From positions 1-45,449 of the IMG/VR virus record IMGVR_UViG_3300010047_000002: 45,449 nt of DNA; one strand, written 5' to 3'. This document shows positions 8,081 through 16,583 of the stretch, in pieces. The notes beneath the pieces were generated by a model. That model was given only the letters and a program-made list of their open reading frames with translations. It was not told the DNA's origin and did no database searches. This DNA is from a virus (Duplodnaviria; Caudoviricetes). A program made the translations under genes and the position numbers. Within the stretch, counting starts at the first letter, position 1, and each line of letters opens with the position of its first letter.

Positions 8081-10366
8081 TTATTGCTCGGCGATCTCGG
8101 TCATGCGCCCGGTCTTGTCGCGGTTGACCTTAAACCGCTTCTTGGTGGGCTTGCCGTCGCTGCCGAGCTCGATGCCCTTCTCACGCGCCTTGGCCTGCGT
8201 CTCGCGCTGGCTCTTCACATCCTGGAAGGCAAGATCATTGCGCTGTTGATGGTCTTGGAAGGCGAGCGTCTCTTGATGTTGCTGCGTGTCGAAGGCGAGC
8301 TTTTGCTGGTGCTGTTGGTTTTGGATCGCGAGCTTATGGCTCTCGTGCTGCATCTCCATGTTGTGCTTCTGCGATTGCTGCAGGATCTCCTGGCGGCCCT
8401 TCTCCACCTCGATCTGCAGCTTGGCCTTCTCGATCTCAAGCTCGTTGAGCATCTTCTCTTTTTCGAGCTGGAACTCCGCCGCCTGCTTCTGTTGATCGAT
8501 CACGGCCTGCTGTTGCTGCTGCTCGGCCTTCTGCTGCAATTCGAGTTGCTTGCCCTGCAACTGCGCCTGCGCCTTGACCATGTCGGGATCGGGCGGTGGC
8601 GGCTGCTGCGCGGCATTCGTGATGGCTTGATTGATCTTGAGCGCGACACTCGATGGCAGCGGTGAGTACTCGATCAGGATCGTCCAGACTTCCGGCGGGA
8701 CGTTCAACTTCGCCAACATTGGCATCATGTTTTGCATCATGAGCCAGGTCATCTCTTTTTGATTCGGACTCATGGGCGCGTCGTCGACAATCACGTCGTA
8801 GGTCGCCGTATCCGCTTGCTTGACGAGCGGCACATACTGCTCCGTGCTGTCCTTCCCCTTGATGCGAATAAGTCTGCCGTCCGAGATATAGTTTTGAATG
8901 AAAAATAACCTCACCCTCCCCTTCATTTTCCGATAGCGCCTGAGTGAATCAAAAAAGGTCGCGAGGATCGCGTATCCGGCTTTCTTGCGCTGCGCCTCCA
9001 ATACGCCGGGCTGATCGCGCTCAACGAGGCCGAGCATTTCCGGATTAATGCCGCTGGTTTGCGGCAAGTTATTCAAGGCGAATTCCATCATCTTGTCCAA
9101 GCCCACGGGAAATACCGCAGGCTGGCGTTCTTGCACCGCCGCTTTTTGTCCGCTTAATGCGCCGCGCTGCAATTCGATGGCTGCATCAGGTTTGCTCCAG
9201 TCTTCGAGCGCCTTGCGCGGATTTGAAAACGATCCGGCCTCGTAGAGTAAGCCTCCCTTCGCCGCCGTATTCAAAATGTGCATGATTTGGCAGAAAAATT
9301 TGTTGCCCCACATTTGCGGGTCAACCATTGCTCTGACCACGCCATAAAATGTGTTGGCGTTGCGGTCGCGTTTGCCGGTGATGGCTTTAAATGTGAAAGC
9401 CTCACACTCGATGTCATCGAGCTCCAGGATGACATCGCCGGCAATGATCGCCTGGCGGTAACGGTTGGTCTGGAGCTTGACGAACGGCGGCGGCTTAATG
9501 CCCTGCGCCAACATCATGTCGCCGATGGCCTTGAGTTTGGGCTTATCTACAACGACAGCCTGGCCCGTCATCTCGTCGGCGATCCGGTAGACCTCCTTTT
9601 TCTCGATCCACTGAAAGTGCCGGACCCAGACCATGCTCTTGTTGGTCGAGCCGATGGCCTTGGCGTCCTCGCGCTCGTAGTCGTCGCGCGGTCCCGTATG
9701 CCCGGTGCCAACCTCATCATCGATGTAGTCGGGCCCGCCGGTCGGTCCCTCTTTGATTTTCGCGCGCCACGCCGGCTTCAAATCGCTCTTGCTGCGCCAG
9801 CGCGAGCGAATGACGAAGCGGGCATCGGCGACGTTGCGCTTCTTTGCCTGCGGGTCGGAGAGCATTTCCAGCGGGTCGACCCTGTCATCGACGATGCGAC
9901 CCTCCGGATCGTCCTCGTAGTCCATCTTGGTTTCAGTCCAGGCCATGCCGCAGATGATGACATCGGCAAAGGCATCCGACTCCTCGTCCTCGGTATCGGC
10001 GAGATTGCGCGCCCACTCATCGGCGGCGGTCACGATCTCCGAGACCTGCACATCTCCCTGCTCGCGCGGGCTGTAGCGCACCTCTTGCCGGTTCAGCACC
10101 TCGGCGCCCGAGACGGCATCCACCATGGGCGCAATTCTGTTGAAGACGACGGGCTGCCGCATCTGATCGAGGAGCGCGGCTTTATCGTCGGCGGACCATT
10201 GTTTGCCCGCGACAAAATCGTAGGCCTGGCGCGCTTCCTGGCGCCATTCGCTCCAGTGCTGCTTGGCCTGCTTTTCCCAACGCTTCAATTTGCGCAGCAG
10301 GGTCTCGTCGTCATCATCCTTCGTAGGCCCGGCTTCCGCCGTCCCATCGTCGTCTTGGTCTGCCAT
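8081..10366 (-). CDS. Portal protein (P22-like), 761 aa
   Basis: YDFVAGKQW, RQPVVFNRI, YGVVRAMVDPQ and YDVIVDDAP motifs; Q-rich C-terminal barrel. Confidence 0.92.
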   Translation of the reverse strand: MADQDDDGTAEAGPTKDDDDETLLRKLKRWEKQAKQHWSEWRQEARQAYDFVAGKQWSADDKAALLDQMRQPVVFNRIAPMVDAVSGAEVLNRQEVRYSPREQGDVQVSEIVTAADEWARNLADTEDEESDAFADVIICGMAWTETKMDYEDDPEGRIVDDRVDPLEMLSDPQAKKRNVADARFVIRSRWRSKSDLKPAWRAKIKEGPTGGPDYIDDEVGTGHTGPRDDYEREDAKAIGSTNKSMVWVRHFQWIEKKEVYRIADEMTGQAVVVDKPKLKAIGDMMLAQGIKPPPFVKLQTNRYRQAIIAGDVILELDDIECEAFTFKAITGKRDRNANTFYGVVRAMVDPQMWGNKFFCQIMHILNTAAKGGLLYEAGSFSNPRKALEDWSKPDAAIELQRGALSGQKAAVQERQPAVFPVGLDKMMEFALNNLPQTSGINPEMLGLVERDQPGVLEAQRKKAGYAILATFFDSLRRYRKMKGRVRLFFIQNYISDGRLIRIKGKDSTEQYVPLVKQADTATYDVIVDDAPMSPNQKEMTWLMMQNMMPMLAKLNVPPEVWTILIEYSPLPSSVALKINQAITNAAQQPPPPDPDMVKAQAQLQGKQLELQQKAEQQQQQAVIDQQKQAAEFQLEKEKMLNELEIEKAKLQIEVEKGRQEILQQSQKHNMEMQHESHKLAIQNQQHQQKLAFDTQQHQETLAFQDHQQRNDLAFQDVKSQRETQAKAREKGIELGSDGKPTKKRFKVNRDKTGRMTEIAEQ

Positions 10367-10372
10367 TTGTCC

Positions 10373-10813
10373 TTAGAACCCCGGCGGAAGGATCGGCGGG
10401 TCGAGCAACATCGACTGATTGGTGTTGGCGCGGTTAGGCCGGAAGTAGTCGCCCATCGGCATGGGCCCGTAGCGCGGCATCGGATTGCCCGGGATCTCCA
10501 TGCCGCGCTCCAGCGGCGGGTAGGGCATGTCCATCACTGCATTGGGACCGCCGGCAAGATCGCGTGCTGTGGCTTGCCTGAAGTCGCCCATGCGGAGATT
10601 GCCGCCGCCCCGCATGCCACCCATGAATGGAAACCTCGCGCCCGGCATCGCCGACATTGCCAGGGGTATCCCCTGCCTTACAAATTGCTGAAACAACGAT
10701 GGCGGTGGCCCCGGCGGCGGCTGAGCCGGCGCAAACTGATAGGGATTGGCAGGGTTGGCGTTGAGGCGGTTGCGGAGGTTCGCCATGTAGTCCGCCATCG
10801 TCAGGTCGGCCAT
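10373..10813 (-). CDS. Hypothetical Pro/Met-rich protein, 146 aa
   Basis: Tightly packed in the minus-strand operon; low complexity. Confidence 0.6.
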   Translation of the reverse strand: MADLTMADYMANLRNRLNANPANPYQFAPAQPPPGPPPSLFQQFVRQGIPLAMSAMPGARFPFMGGMRGGGNLRMGDFRQATARDLAGGPNAVMDMPYPPLERGMEIPGNPMPRYGPMPMGDYFRPNRANTNQSMLLDPPILPPGF

Positions 10814-10814
10814 G

Positions 10815-12350
10815 TCATTGTTCCACGTACGTGCCGGGGAGCTGCGTCGCGGCGGCGCCGAGGGCGCCGGCAGCGCCGAGCGGCGCGGCGAACGAGCTCC
10901 AATCGTAGATCTTGCCCTTCATGAACAGCGCCAGCGCGCGCTCCGGCGAGATCCCCCATCGTGGCGCGACATTCTCCACGATGTGCTTGGCGAGGAGCTC
11001 TAACTTCGGAGCGCCGAGCGGGGTATCGACGCCGGTCTGCGGCCCGTACATCGCCCACTCGATGGGTTGCCCCATGCGCGGCGTCAGCCCTTGTGGTCCG
11101 TACACGTTTTCACGCAGCCAGGGCCCGAGATCCTGCACCTCGGCCATCGATGCGTCGGCCTTGCGTCCCTTGCTCTCGGGCAGGCCACCGCGCGTCATGT
11201 GCAGCCCGAGCTGGCGCGCCTTGTGGCTATCGAAGACGTTGAACTCATCGAACATGCCGAGGCCTGGGACGCGCGGCACGCCAAAGGCGCGGATGTAGGA
11301 GGCGACCTTCGGGTTGTCGGAGAGATGCCCGTAGGGATCACCCAGCCACTTGAAGACCGGCGACACCTGGGCGCCGTGATAGGAGTGGCCGGGGATGCCG
11401 GTGACGTTCTCGCCGGGGATGTTCGTCATTTCCTCGCCGGAGCCGCCGAACCTCTTGAAAATCTCCGCGCCTCGCTCGGGACCGTGCTTGGCCATCAGGT
11501 AGTTCAGCAGACCGCCGCGCGCGAGCTCCTCCGGCACGGGATTGCCGGCCGACATCGGTGATGTGGCGAAGTTCCAGCGCCGGAAGAGCGGCATGGCCGA
11601 GGCCGGGCCCGACTCCTCGATCATCTTCGACAGCAGCGGGCGCGAGACGTACCAGCCTGCCATGCCGCGCCAGAGGTCCGGCATATTCCGGCGCACGTAC
11701 TCGAGCGCCTCCTGCATGCGCTCGGCGTTGGCCGGCGTCATCACCCCGCGCGCCGTCTCCGAGCCGCGCGGGTTTTTCGCCATCGCCAGGAAGCTCTTGG
11801 CGGCGATATCGCCCGTCTCCTTGCCGGCAATGTCGGCGAGCTCCTCGCGCGAGGTGCCGCCGAACAACCGGCTGAGCGCGGGGTCCTCTTTCGAGATCAG
11901 CGGCCTGACATCTTCGGCGAGCTGCTGCGGCGTTTTCCAGACCCCGGGGAAGATGTCCTCGTCCTTGCGTGCGCCCGTCAGGAAATCGCGCGCGCGGCGC
12001 ACGCCGGGAATGTTCTTGCGTCCGCCGGCCATGCCGGCGATGCCGACTGCGCCCTCGCCCAGCGCCTCGCCGTAGTCGCCTTGGCGCAGGAGGTCATACA
12101 ACGATGCCCCGAGCGCCCCCATGCCGTAGCCGGCGGCCGGCAGCATCGCAATGGGTGGCGCGGTGCCGAGCTCGGCGAGCGGACCCGCGACCGGATCGTT
12201 AGGCCTGGGCGGCAGGTTGCGCACCTCGTGGCGCGGCGGTGGGGTGAACCGGTAGGGGTCGTAGGGGCCCTGCAGCCAGCGCGGCGCCATGCCCGCGACG
12301 ATATCCGCTGTGGTGATATCGCCGTCGAACATGCCCATAATTGCGAACAT
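10815..12350 (-). CDS. Hypothetical 511-aa protein with a possible HhH/EndoIII-like motif
   Basis: Long ORF in the operon; WY...SAGN...PKVASY...DSHKARQLG...QPIEW pattern. Start uncertain (12350 or 12338). Confidence 0.7.
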   Translation of the reverse strand: MFAIMGMFDGDITTADIVAGMAPRWLQGPYDPYRFTPPPRHEVRNLPPRPNDPVAGPLAELGTAPPIAMLPAAGYGMGALGASLYDLLRQGDYGEALGEGAVGIAGMAGGRKNIPGVRRARDFLTGARKDEDIFPGVWKTPQQLAEDVRPLISKEDPALSRLFGGTSREELADIAGKETGDIAAKSFLAMAKNPRGSETARGVMTPANAERMQEALEYVRRNMPDLWRGMAGWYVSRPLLSKMIEESGPASAMPLFRRWNFATSPMSAGNPVPEELARGGLLNYLMAKHGPERGAEIFKRFGGSGEEMTNIPGENVTGIPGHSYHGAQVSPVFKWLGDPYGHLSDNPKVASYIRAFGVPRVPGLGMFDEFNVFDSHKARQLGLHMTRGGLPESKGRKADASMAEVQDLGPWLRENVYGPQGLTPRMGQPIEWAMYGPQTGVDTPLGAPKLELLAKHIVENVAPRWGISPERALALFMKGKIYDWSSFAAPLGAAGALGAAATQLPGTYVEQ

Positions 12351-12419
12351 CTCCGGAACAAAAGGCCAAACGTCGTCGAGCTCGGCGCCGCCGATCGTGC
12401 CCAGGCTGGACGGGCTCGC

Positions 12420-12851
12420 TCAGAATTGCTGGTCGAACTGCAGTTGCGGCGTCCAGTAGCGCGGCTGCACGCCCTGGCGGAGCTCGCGGCCGGTGTTGCC
12501 GGCACCGCCGATATCGACGCCCACGCGCGGGCGGCCTTGATTCTGCTGCAGAAACCGCATGAACGGGTTAGGCTGCGCCTGGCGGGGCTGCGGTGGCAGT
12601 TCCGGCAGCGGGTCCATGAAGTAGCCGGCCGGCGACATGGGTGCGCGCAGGCCCGCCATCGGCACCCGCGAATAGTCGGGCACATAGCCGGGCGTGGGCG
12701 CGTACCGCTGCCGCAGAAATTGAAGCCCCTGCTTGCCCTGCTCTGCCTCTTGCGCTCTCACGTCGGCGTTGGGCGGGGGATAGAGCGCCTCAACGCCCCA
12801 GCGCACCGTTGGGTCGAGATCCCAGTAGGGGACGGCGGGATTGCCAGGCAT
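12420..12851 (-). CDS. Hypothetical Pro/Gln-rich protein, 143 aa
   Basis: Starts 5 nt after the upstream stop. Confidence 0.6.
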   Translation of the reverse strand: MPGNPAVPYWDLDPTVRWGVEALYPPPNADVRAQEAEQGKQGLQFLRQRYAPTPGYVPDYSRVPMAGLRAPMSPAGYFMDPLPELPPQPRQAQPNPFMRFLQQNQGRPRVGVDIGGAGNTGRELRQGVQPRYWTPQLQFDQQF

Positions 12852-12856
12852 TTCTA

Positions 12857-13117
12857 TTAACCTGGGTGGACCCAGTTGCGGTTTTTATTCCACTCCGCAA
12901 GCTCCTCCAGCATGGCGTTCATGGTGTTCTCGTCGACAATGCCGGTCGGCTTGATTTTGTTGAACCAACCGCCGCGATGCATGACTTGGAACTGGCGAAT
13001 GGCCTCCTGCGTCTGATCACCCATCACGCCATCGATTGTCAGATCGCTGCGCTGGATCAGCGCCAGCGACGCCTGCACAAACCGAATCTCGCGCTCGTTC
13101 ATGCCTAGTTCCATCAT
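12857..13117 (-). CDS. Stand-alone peptidoglycan-binding domain protein, 86 aa
   Basis: VQASL...IDGVMGDQTQEAIRQFQ...PTG motif; ATGA overlap with the endolysin stop. Confidence 0.8.
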   Translation of the reverse strand: MMELGMNEREIRFVQASLALIQRSDLTIDGVMGDQTQEAIRQFQVMHRGGWFNKIKPTGIVDENTMNAMLEELAEWNKNRNWVHPG

Positions 13118-14517
13118 GCTTCTCCTGGTTCTGGTCGCGCCTGGTTCCAGGCCATGACCTCACTGATGAGCTCGTCGACCGTCTCCTTGCTGGCGTAGCC
13201 GGTGACGGGGAGATCGTTATCGCGCTGATAAGACGTGATAGCGCCGTGCGTCATCGGCCCATATTCGCCGTCGACATCGAGACCGGCAGCATCAACCAGA
13301 TTGAGTGACGCCTGCACCCACATCAAATCGATGGCGCTTAGTTTCAGCGTTGGCCGTGGCGGCGGTGCCTGGGTGCCAGGCCACACCAGCGCAATCGCGT
13401 TGGCGGCCGGGAATGAGGCCACGTTGACCATATCGCTTTGATTACCGCCGCGACACTTATAGTTGCTGCCCTCGGTCGACTCGTACAGCGTCACATGATG
13501 CGAGCCGCTGTCCCAGCGGAACACAACGATGCAGCCGAGGCGCGGCTCATCGAGATGCACGCTATTCGGCCACCGTGACCAAGACTCGGCCCACATCCAC
13601 TTATCGGTGTCGGTCGGCCCGAACACCGGCTTGATGTCGGCCACCGACACACAGTAGGCGACGGTTACACCGCACCAAGCAGTGGCATCGGCTGTGTACT
13701 GATCACTGTAGGATTTTTGCTCTGGCCATTTGTCGCCGACATAGCGTGCCATGCCGATAATTTTGGGATTGTCAGCCGATCCGGGCGCCTCGGTCATGCC
13801 CGTGATCGAGCGCATGGCGGTGAGCCAAGCCGGCACGCCCGGGTCGGGCGGCGGCGTCGGTGGATCGGGTGGGGACGGCGGCGCGACGCCGGCCTGCGCC
13901 CAGGTTTGCTGCAGTTGTTGCGGCGTGCCCTCGTAGCTATTGATGTCGCAGCGGCCGATGCCGTTGATGGAGTGCGGCGAGGGCCCGACGTTGCCATCGG
14001 TGAACTGCCACAGCCAGGGCCCGCGTGGCCAGGTCGCCGGCGCCTCGGCCTCACTGCCGTATTGCGCCAGCCACAGGCGCGTGCCGGCCAAATACGAGTC
14101 GATGCGATTACCGAGCTGCTCTTTGATGACGTTGCCGGAGTAAAGCGCCGGGCGCTGCCCCGTCTGCTGCTCGACCAGGCGCAAAAACTCCTTCACATCT
14201 TGGACCGAACAGCCCTCGTCCTCGTGATCGAGCACCAGCAGGGTATCAGGGCCAGGCATGGCATTTTCGAGAAAATGGTCGACCTGGCGCTGCACGTTGC
14301 CCGGCCGAAAGAAGTGATATGCACCCCAAAGTAAACCGACAGCCTTGGCCTGGCGTCGCGACTCATCATACGTCGGATCGACGTAGTCGTCCGATTCGGT
14401 CGCCTTATAGATCACGCCCCAAATGCCATCCCTTTTGGCGGCGCCCCAATCGATCTCACTGCCGTCGTCGGTGTTGTGATGCGAAAGGTCCACCACATGC
14501 GGGAAGATTTCGGTCAT
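13114..14517 (-). CDS. Modular endolysin: GH25 muramidase, CHAP/NlpC-like (TIGR02594-type) domain, PG-binding domain
   Basis: VDLSHHN, KATE, GAYHF, LDHE, LWQFTD and DIN (GH25); Pro linker; AWCG...HHV...GGNQSD; VDGEYGPMT. Start placed at the ATGA overlap. Confidence 0.9.
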   Translation of the reverse strand: MTEIFPHVVDLSHHNTDDGSEIDWGAAKRDGIWGVIYKATESDDYVDPTYDESRRQAKAVGLLWGAYHFFRPGNVQRQVDHFLENAMPGPDTLLVLDHEDEGCSVQDVKEFLRLVEQQTGQRPALYSGNVIKEQLGNRIDSYLAGTRLWLAQYGSEAEAPATWPRGPWLWQFTDGNVGPSPHSINGIGRCDINSYEGTPQQLQQTWAQAGVAPPSPPDPPTPPPDPGVPAWLTAMRSITGMTEAPGSADNPKIIGMARYVGDKWPEQKSYSDQYTADATAWCGVTVAYCVSVADIKPVFGPTDTDKWMWAESWSRWPNSVHLDEPRLGCIVVFRWDSGSHHVTLYESTEGSNYKCRGGNQSDMVNVASFPAANAIALVWPGTQAPPPRPTLKLSAIDLMWVQASLNLVDAAGLDVDGEYGPMTHGAITSYQRDNDLPVTGYASKETVDELISEVMAWNQARPEPGEA

Positions 14518-14735
14518 TGCCAGTTTCCACACCAATCGTTGGGACCAACCTCAGGCCAAACGCGCCCGAGGAGTTGACCGCCGCCGCCCATCTGTACGTA
14601 CGGAGGGATGGCGCGGCAGCGCGTCTTGCCGTTTTCCGTGAAGTAGTACTGACAGGTCGAACACATCTCGCCGGCCGGCGGTGTCGCGCGCGGCGTCGGC
14701 TCCGCTTCTGCCGTCTTAGATTTTGTCGGCGTCAT
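14514..14735 (-). CDS. Small Cys-rich protein, 73 aa
   Basis: CxxC...C...PP...WPxV...DWCG pattern; stop overlaps the endolysin start. Confidence 0.7.
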   Translation of the reverse strand: MTPTKSKTAEAEPTPRATPPAGEMCSTCQYYFTENGKTRCRAIPPYVQMGGGGQLLGRVWPEVGPNDWCGNWQ

Positions 14736-14941
14736 CTCTGCGTGCCTTTTGAGTTGTCAATACAGTGTTACCCACCCTTGCAGGATCATGACGGTTGTGC
14801 CAACAGTACAAGTCTGCCCCTGTGGCGGAAGGCAGGGAAGCAGGCGCTGCGGCCGTTCATCCCCCTCGGCCGCCCCGCAGCCCGGGCGAGAGTGGCTGCC
14901 CCCGGTCGCTCTCGCCTCTCACATTGCGAGAGGCCAAAATC

Positions 14942-15190
14942 ATGATGAAATGTGATGTCTGCGGCGCCGAACGCGCCTCCGTCGACTGGCGTCAAGAGCA
15001 AGTGCCGGTCAAGCTCGGCGAAGACGTTGAAGTGACGATTTGTCCGACTGTACCGGTCGTATTCTGTGACGCTTGCGGTGAGGCCTACACGGACGAGCGC
15101 GGCTGTGACATTCGCGATGAGGCCGTGACCAAGCTCCGCATTGCCTACGAGGCGGGACGACTGAAAGGATTCATCCCGGAGGGCGTATGA
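14942..15190 (+). CDS. YgiT/MqsA-type zinc-finger protein lacking an HTH domain, ~82 aa
   Basis: MKCDVCG...VPVVFCDACGEAY; GAGAGG SD. Confidence 0.7.
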   Translation: MMKCDVCGAERASVDWRQEQVPVKLGEDVEVTICPTVPVVFCDACGEAYTDERGCDIRDEAVTKLRIAYEAGRLKGFIPEGV

Positions 15191-15429
15191 CCCTGACATT
15201 TTTCGAGCTCGCCAAGAGACTCGATGAAATTGTTGATATGCTGCGTATTGAGACCCATTCGCCTGCCGCGCTCGCGCTTGTGATTGATACTGAAGGCGGC
15301 GTGCATTTCACCGTCCAAGGCGACCTGGAGCTCATCACCGTGGCCGACGTGCCCGCCATCCTGGTGCGCGTGGCGCTGGCGGTGGCGGAGGATCTTCGCG
15401 AGAAGAAAACGCTGAGAGGCAAACACTGA
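15187..15429 (+). CDS. Hypothetical protein, 80 aa
   Basis: ATGA-coupled; similar to the next ORF. Confidence 0.65.
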   Translation: MTLTFFELAKRLDEIVDMLRIETHSPAALALVIDTEGGVHFTVQGDLELITVADVPAILVRVALAVAEDLREKKTLRGKH

Positions 15430-15647
15430 TGGCACGCGGCGGCGGCAGATACGGTGGCGTGGCCACGGAGGTCTTGCTGGAGACCCAGGCCGACGGCATC
15501 ATCATGATCGTTCTCAACGGCAACCTCGGCAGCGGCTTCTCCGTCGCGGTCGCCGAGGACATCGTCCTCAACGTGCCGAACGCCTTGCGGCGGCTCGCCG
15601 ACGAAATCGAGCAGGATCTCGTGCTCGGCGCCGACAGCGTGCAATGA
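15429..15647 (+). CDS. Hypothetical protein, 72 aa
   Basis: TGATG-coupled with a GAGAGG SD. Confidence 0.7.
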   Translation: MARGGGRYGGVATEVLLETQADGIIMIVLNGNLGSGFSVAVAEDIVLNVPNALRRLADEIEQDLVLGADSVQ

Positions 15648-15793
15648 GCATCCTGGATGCGCTCATGATCATCCTGGGCGTCGTTGCCGCTCTTGGCATG
15701 CTGTTCGCCGTTTTGGCGATGTTGGTGCTCGGCGTGCTCATCTACAAACACGGCAAAAAGGTCAAAGGGCGCGGTATGCGCGAGGTCCCATGA
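15644..15793 (+). CDS. Small membrane protein, 49 aa (not in ORF track)
   Basis: MSILDALMIILGVVAALGMLFAVLAMLVLGVLIYKHGKKVKGRGMREVP; ATGA overlaps at both ends. Confidence 0.7.
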   Translation: MSILDALMIILGVVAALGMLFAVLAMLVLGVLIYKHGKKVKGRGMREVP

Positions 15794-15984
15794 TCACGCT
15801 AACACTGCCGCCGACCATGATTGAAGAGTGCATTCGCTTTACACGGCTTACCCGTAACGTGACGCGGCGCGTGCTGCTACGTGAAACCCTTTCTGCCGAC
15901 GACAGACGCAGATTTGAGGCCGCACACAGCTCGGGTGCCGATTTTCTTGACGCCCTTCTCGCCTACAAACGGGACCAACTCTAA
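15790..15984 (+). CDS. Hypothetical protein, 64 aa
   Basis: ATGA-coupled with a GAGGT SD. Confidence 0.6.
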   Translation: MITLTLPPTMIEECIRFTRLTRNVTRRVLLRETLSADDRRRFEAAHSSGADFLDALLAYKRDQL

Positions 15985-16370
15985 TGGGTCGTGAACAACG
16001 CGCCAACGCCGAGCGCCGCGCGGAGATCCGCAGAATAGCCCAGGAGCTCACGGGACGCGCCGTCGATGACGGTCAGATCGTCATGCTCGGCTTCGTCACC
16101 ATGATCTCGATGGTTTTTCGCGACCAAGTGCACGAGGTGCCGAAAGAGCAACTCAACCAACTGCGCCTCGCCTTCTTTGCCGGCGCGCAACACCTGTTTG
16201 GCTCGATCACCAGCATGCTCGATCCTGACGCAGAGGCGAGCGAGCGCGATTTAAAGCGCATGACGCTGATCGCCCACGAGCTCAACGCCTTTATCGATGA
16301 GTGGAAGCAAATTCACGGCATCACCGATCCCGACGTTGGCTACCACGGGCCACCGGAGACCAAGCAGTGA
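15984..16370 (+). CDS. Hypothetical protein, 128 aa
   Basis: TAATG-coupled; LRLAFFAGAQHLF motif; abuts a convergent gene. Confidence 0.7.
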   Translation: MGREQRANAERRAEIRRIAQELTGRAVDDGQIVMLGFVTMISMVFRDQVHEVPKEQLNQLRLAFFAGAQHLFGSITSMLDPDAEASERDLKRMTLIAHELNAFIDEWKQIHGITDPDVGYHGPPETKQ

Positions 16371-16583
16371 TCAGGGCTTGCTCTCGTGCAGCACGCAGCG
16401 CTCGACCAGCGACTTAACCAGTTCGCTGCGATGTTGCTCGGCGGTGCTGATGTTGCTGAGCAGCACTTTCGCCGAGTAGAGCCCGCCCAGCAAAAACATG
16501 GCGTTGACGACGATCAGCGCCAGCGCGAGGGGTTGGCTCTTCAGCCCGTCGACCACATTGCTGGCGATTTCTTTGCCGTTCAT
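16371..16583 (-). CDS. Membrane protein, holin candidate, 70 aa
   Basis: One hydrophobic segment (PLALALIVVNAMFLLGGLY); ATGA-coupled; upstream of the endolysin. Confidence 0.5.
   Translation of the reverse strand: MNGKEIASNVVDGLKSQPLALALIVVNAMFLLGGLYSAKVLLSNISTAEQHRSELVKSLVERCVLHESKP

Noticed and set aside
9278-10924. 548-aa plus-strand ORF (also 36908..38560, 3951..4760, 27404..28534)
   Set aside because: Antisense shadows of well-supported genes in GC-rich DNA, with no recognisable motifs.
12350-12422. TGA readthrough fusing 12851..12420 to 12350..10815
   Set aside because: The two ORFs are in frame with 23 open codons between them, but this is likely by chance and no recoding signal is evident.
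14942-15429. Complete MqsRA-type toxin-antitoxin pair
   Set aside because: No RelE/MqsR-like toxin is recognisable and the zinc finger has no HTH.
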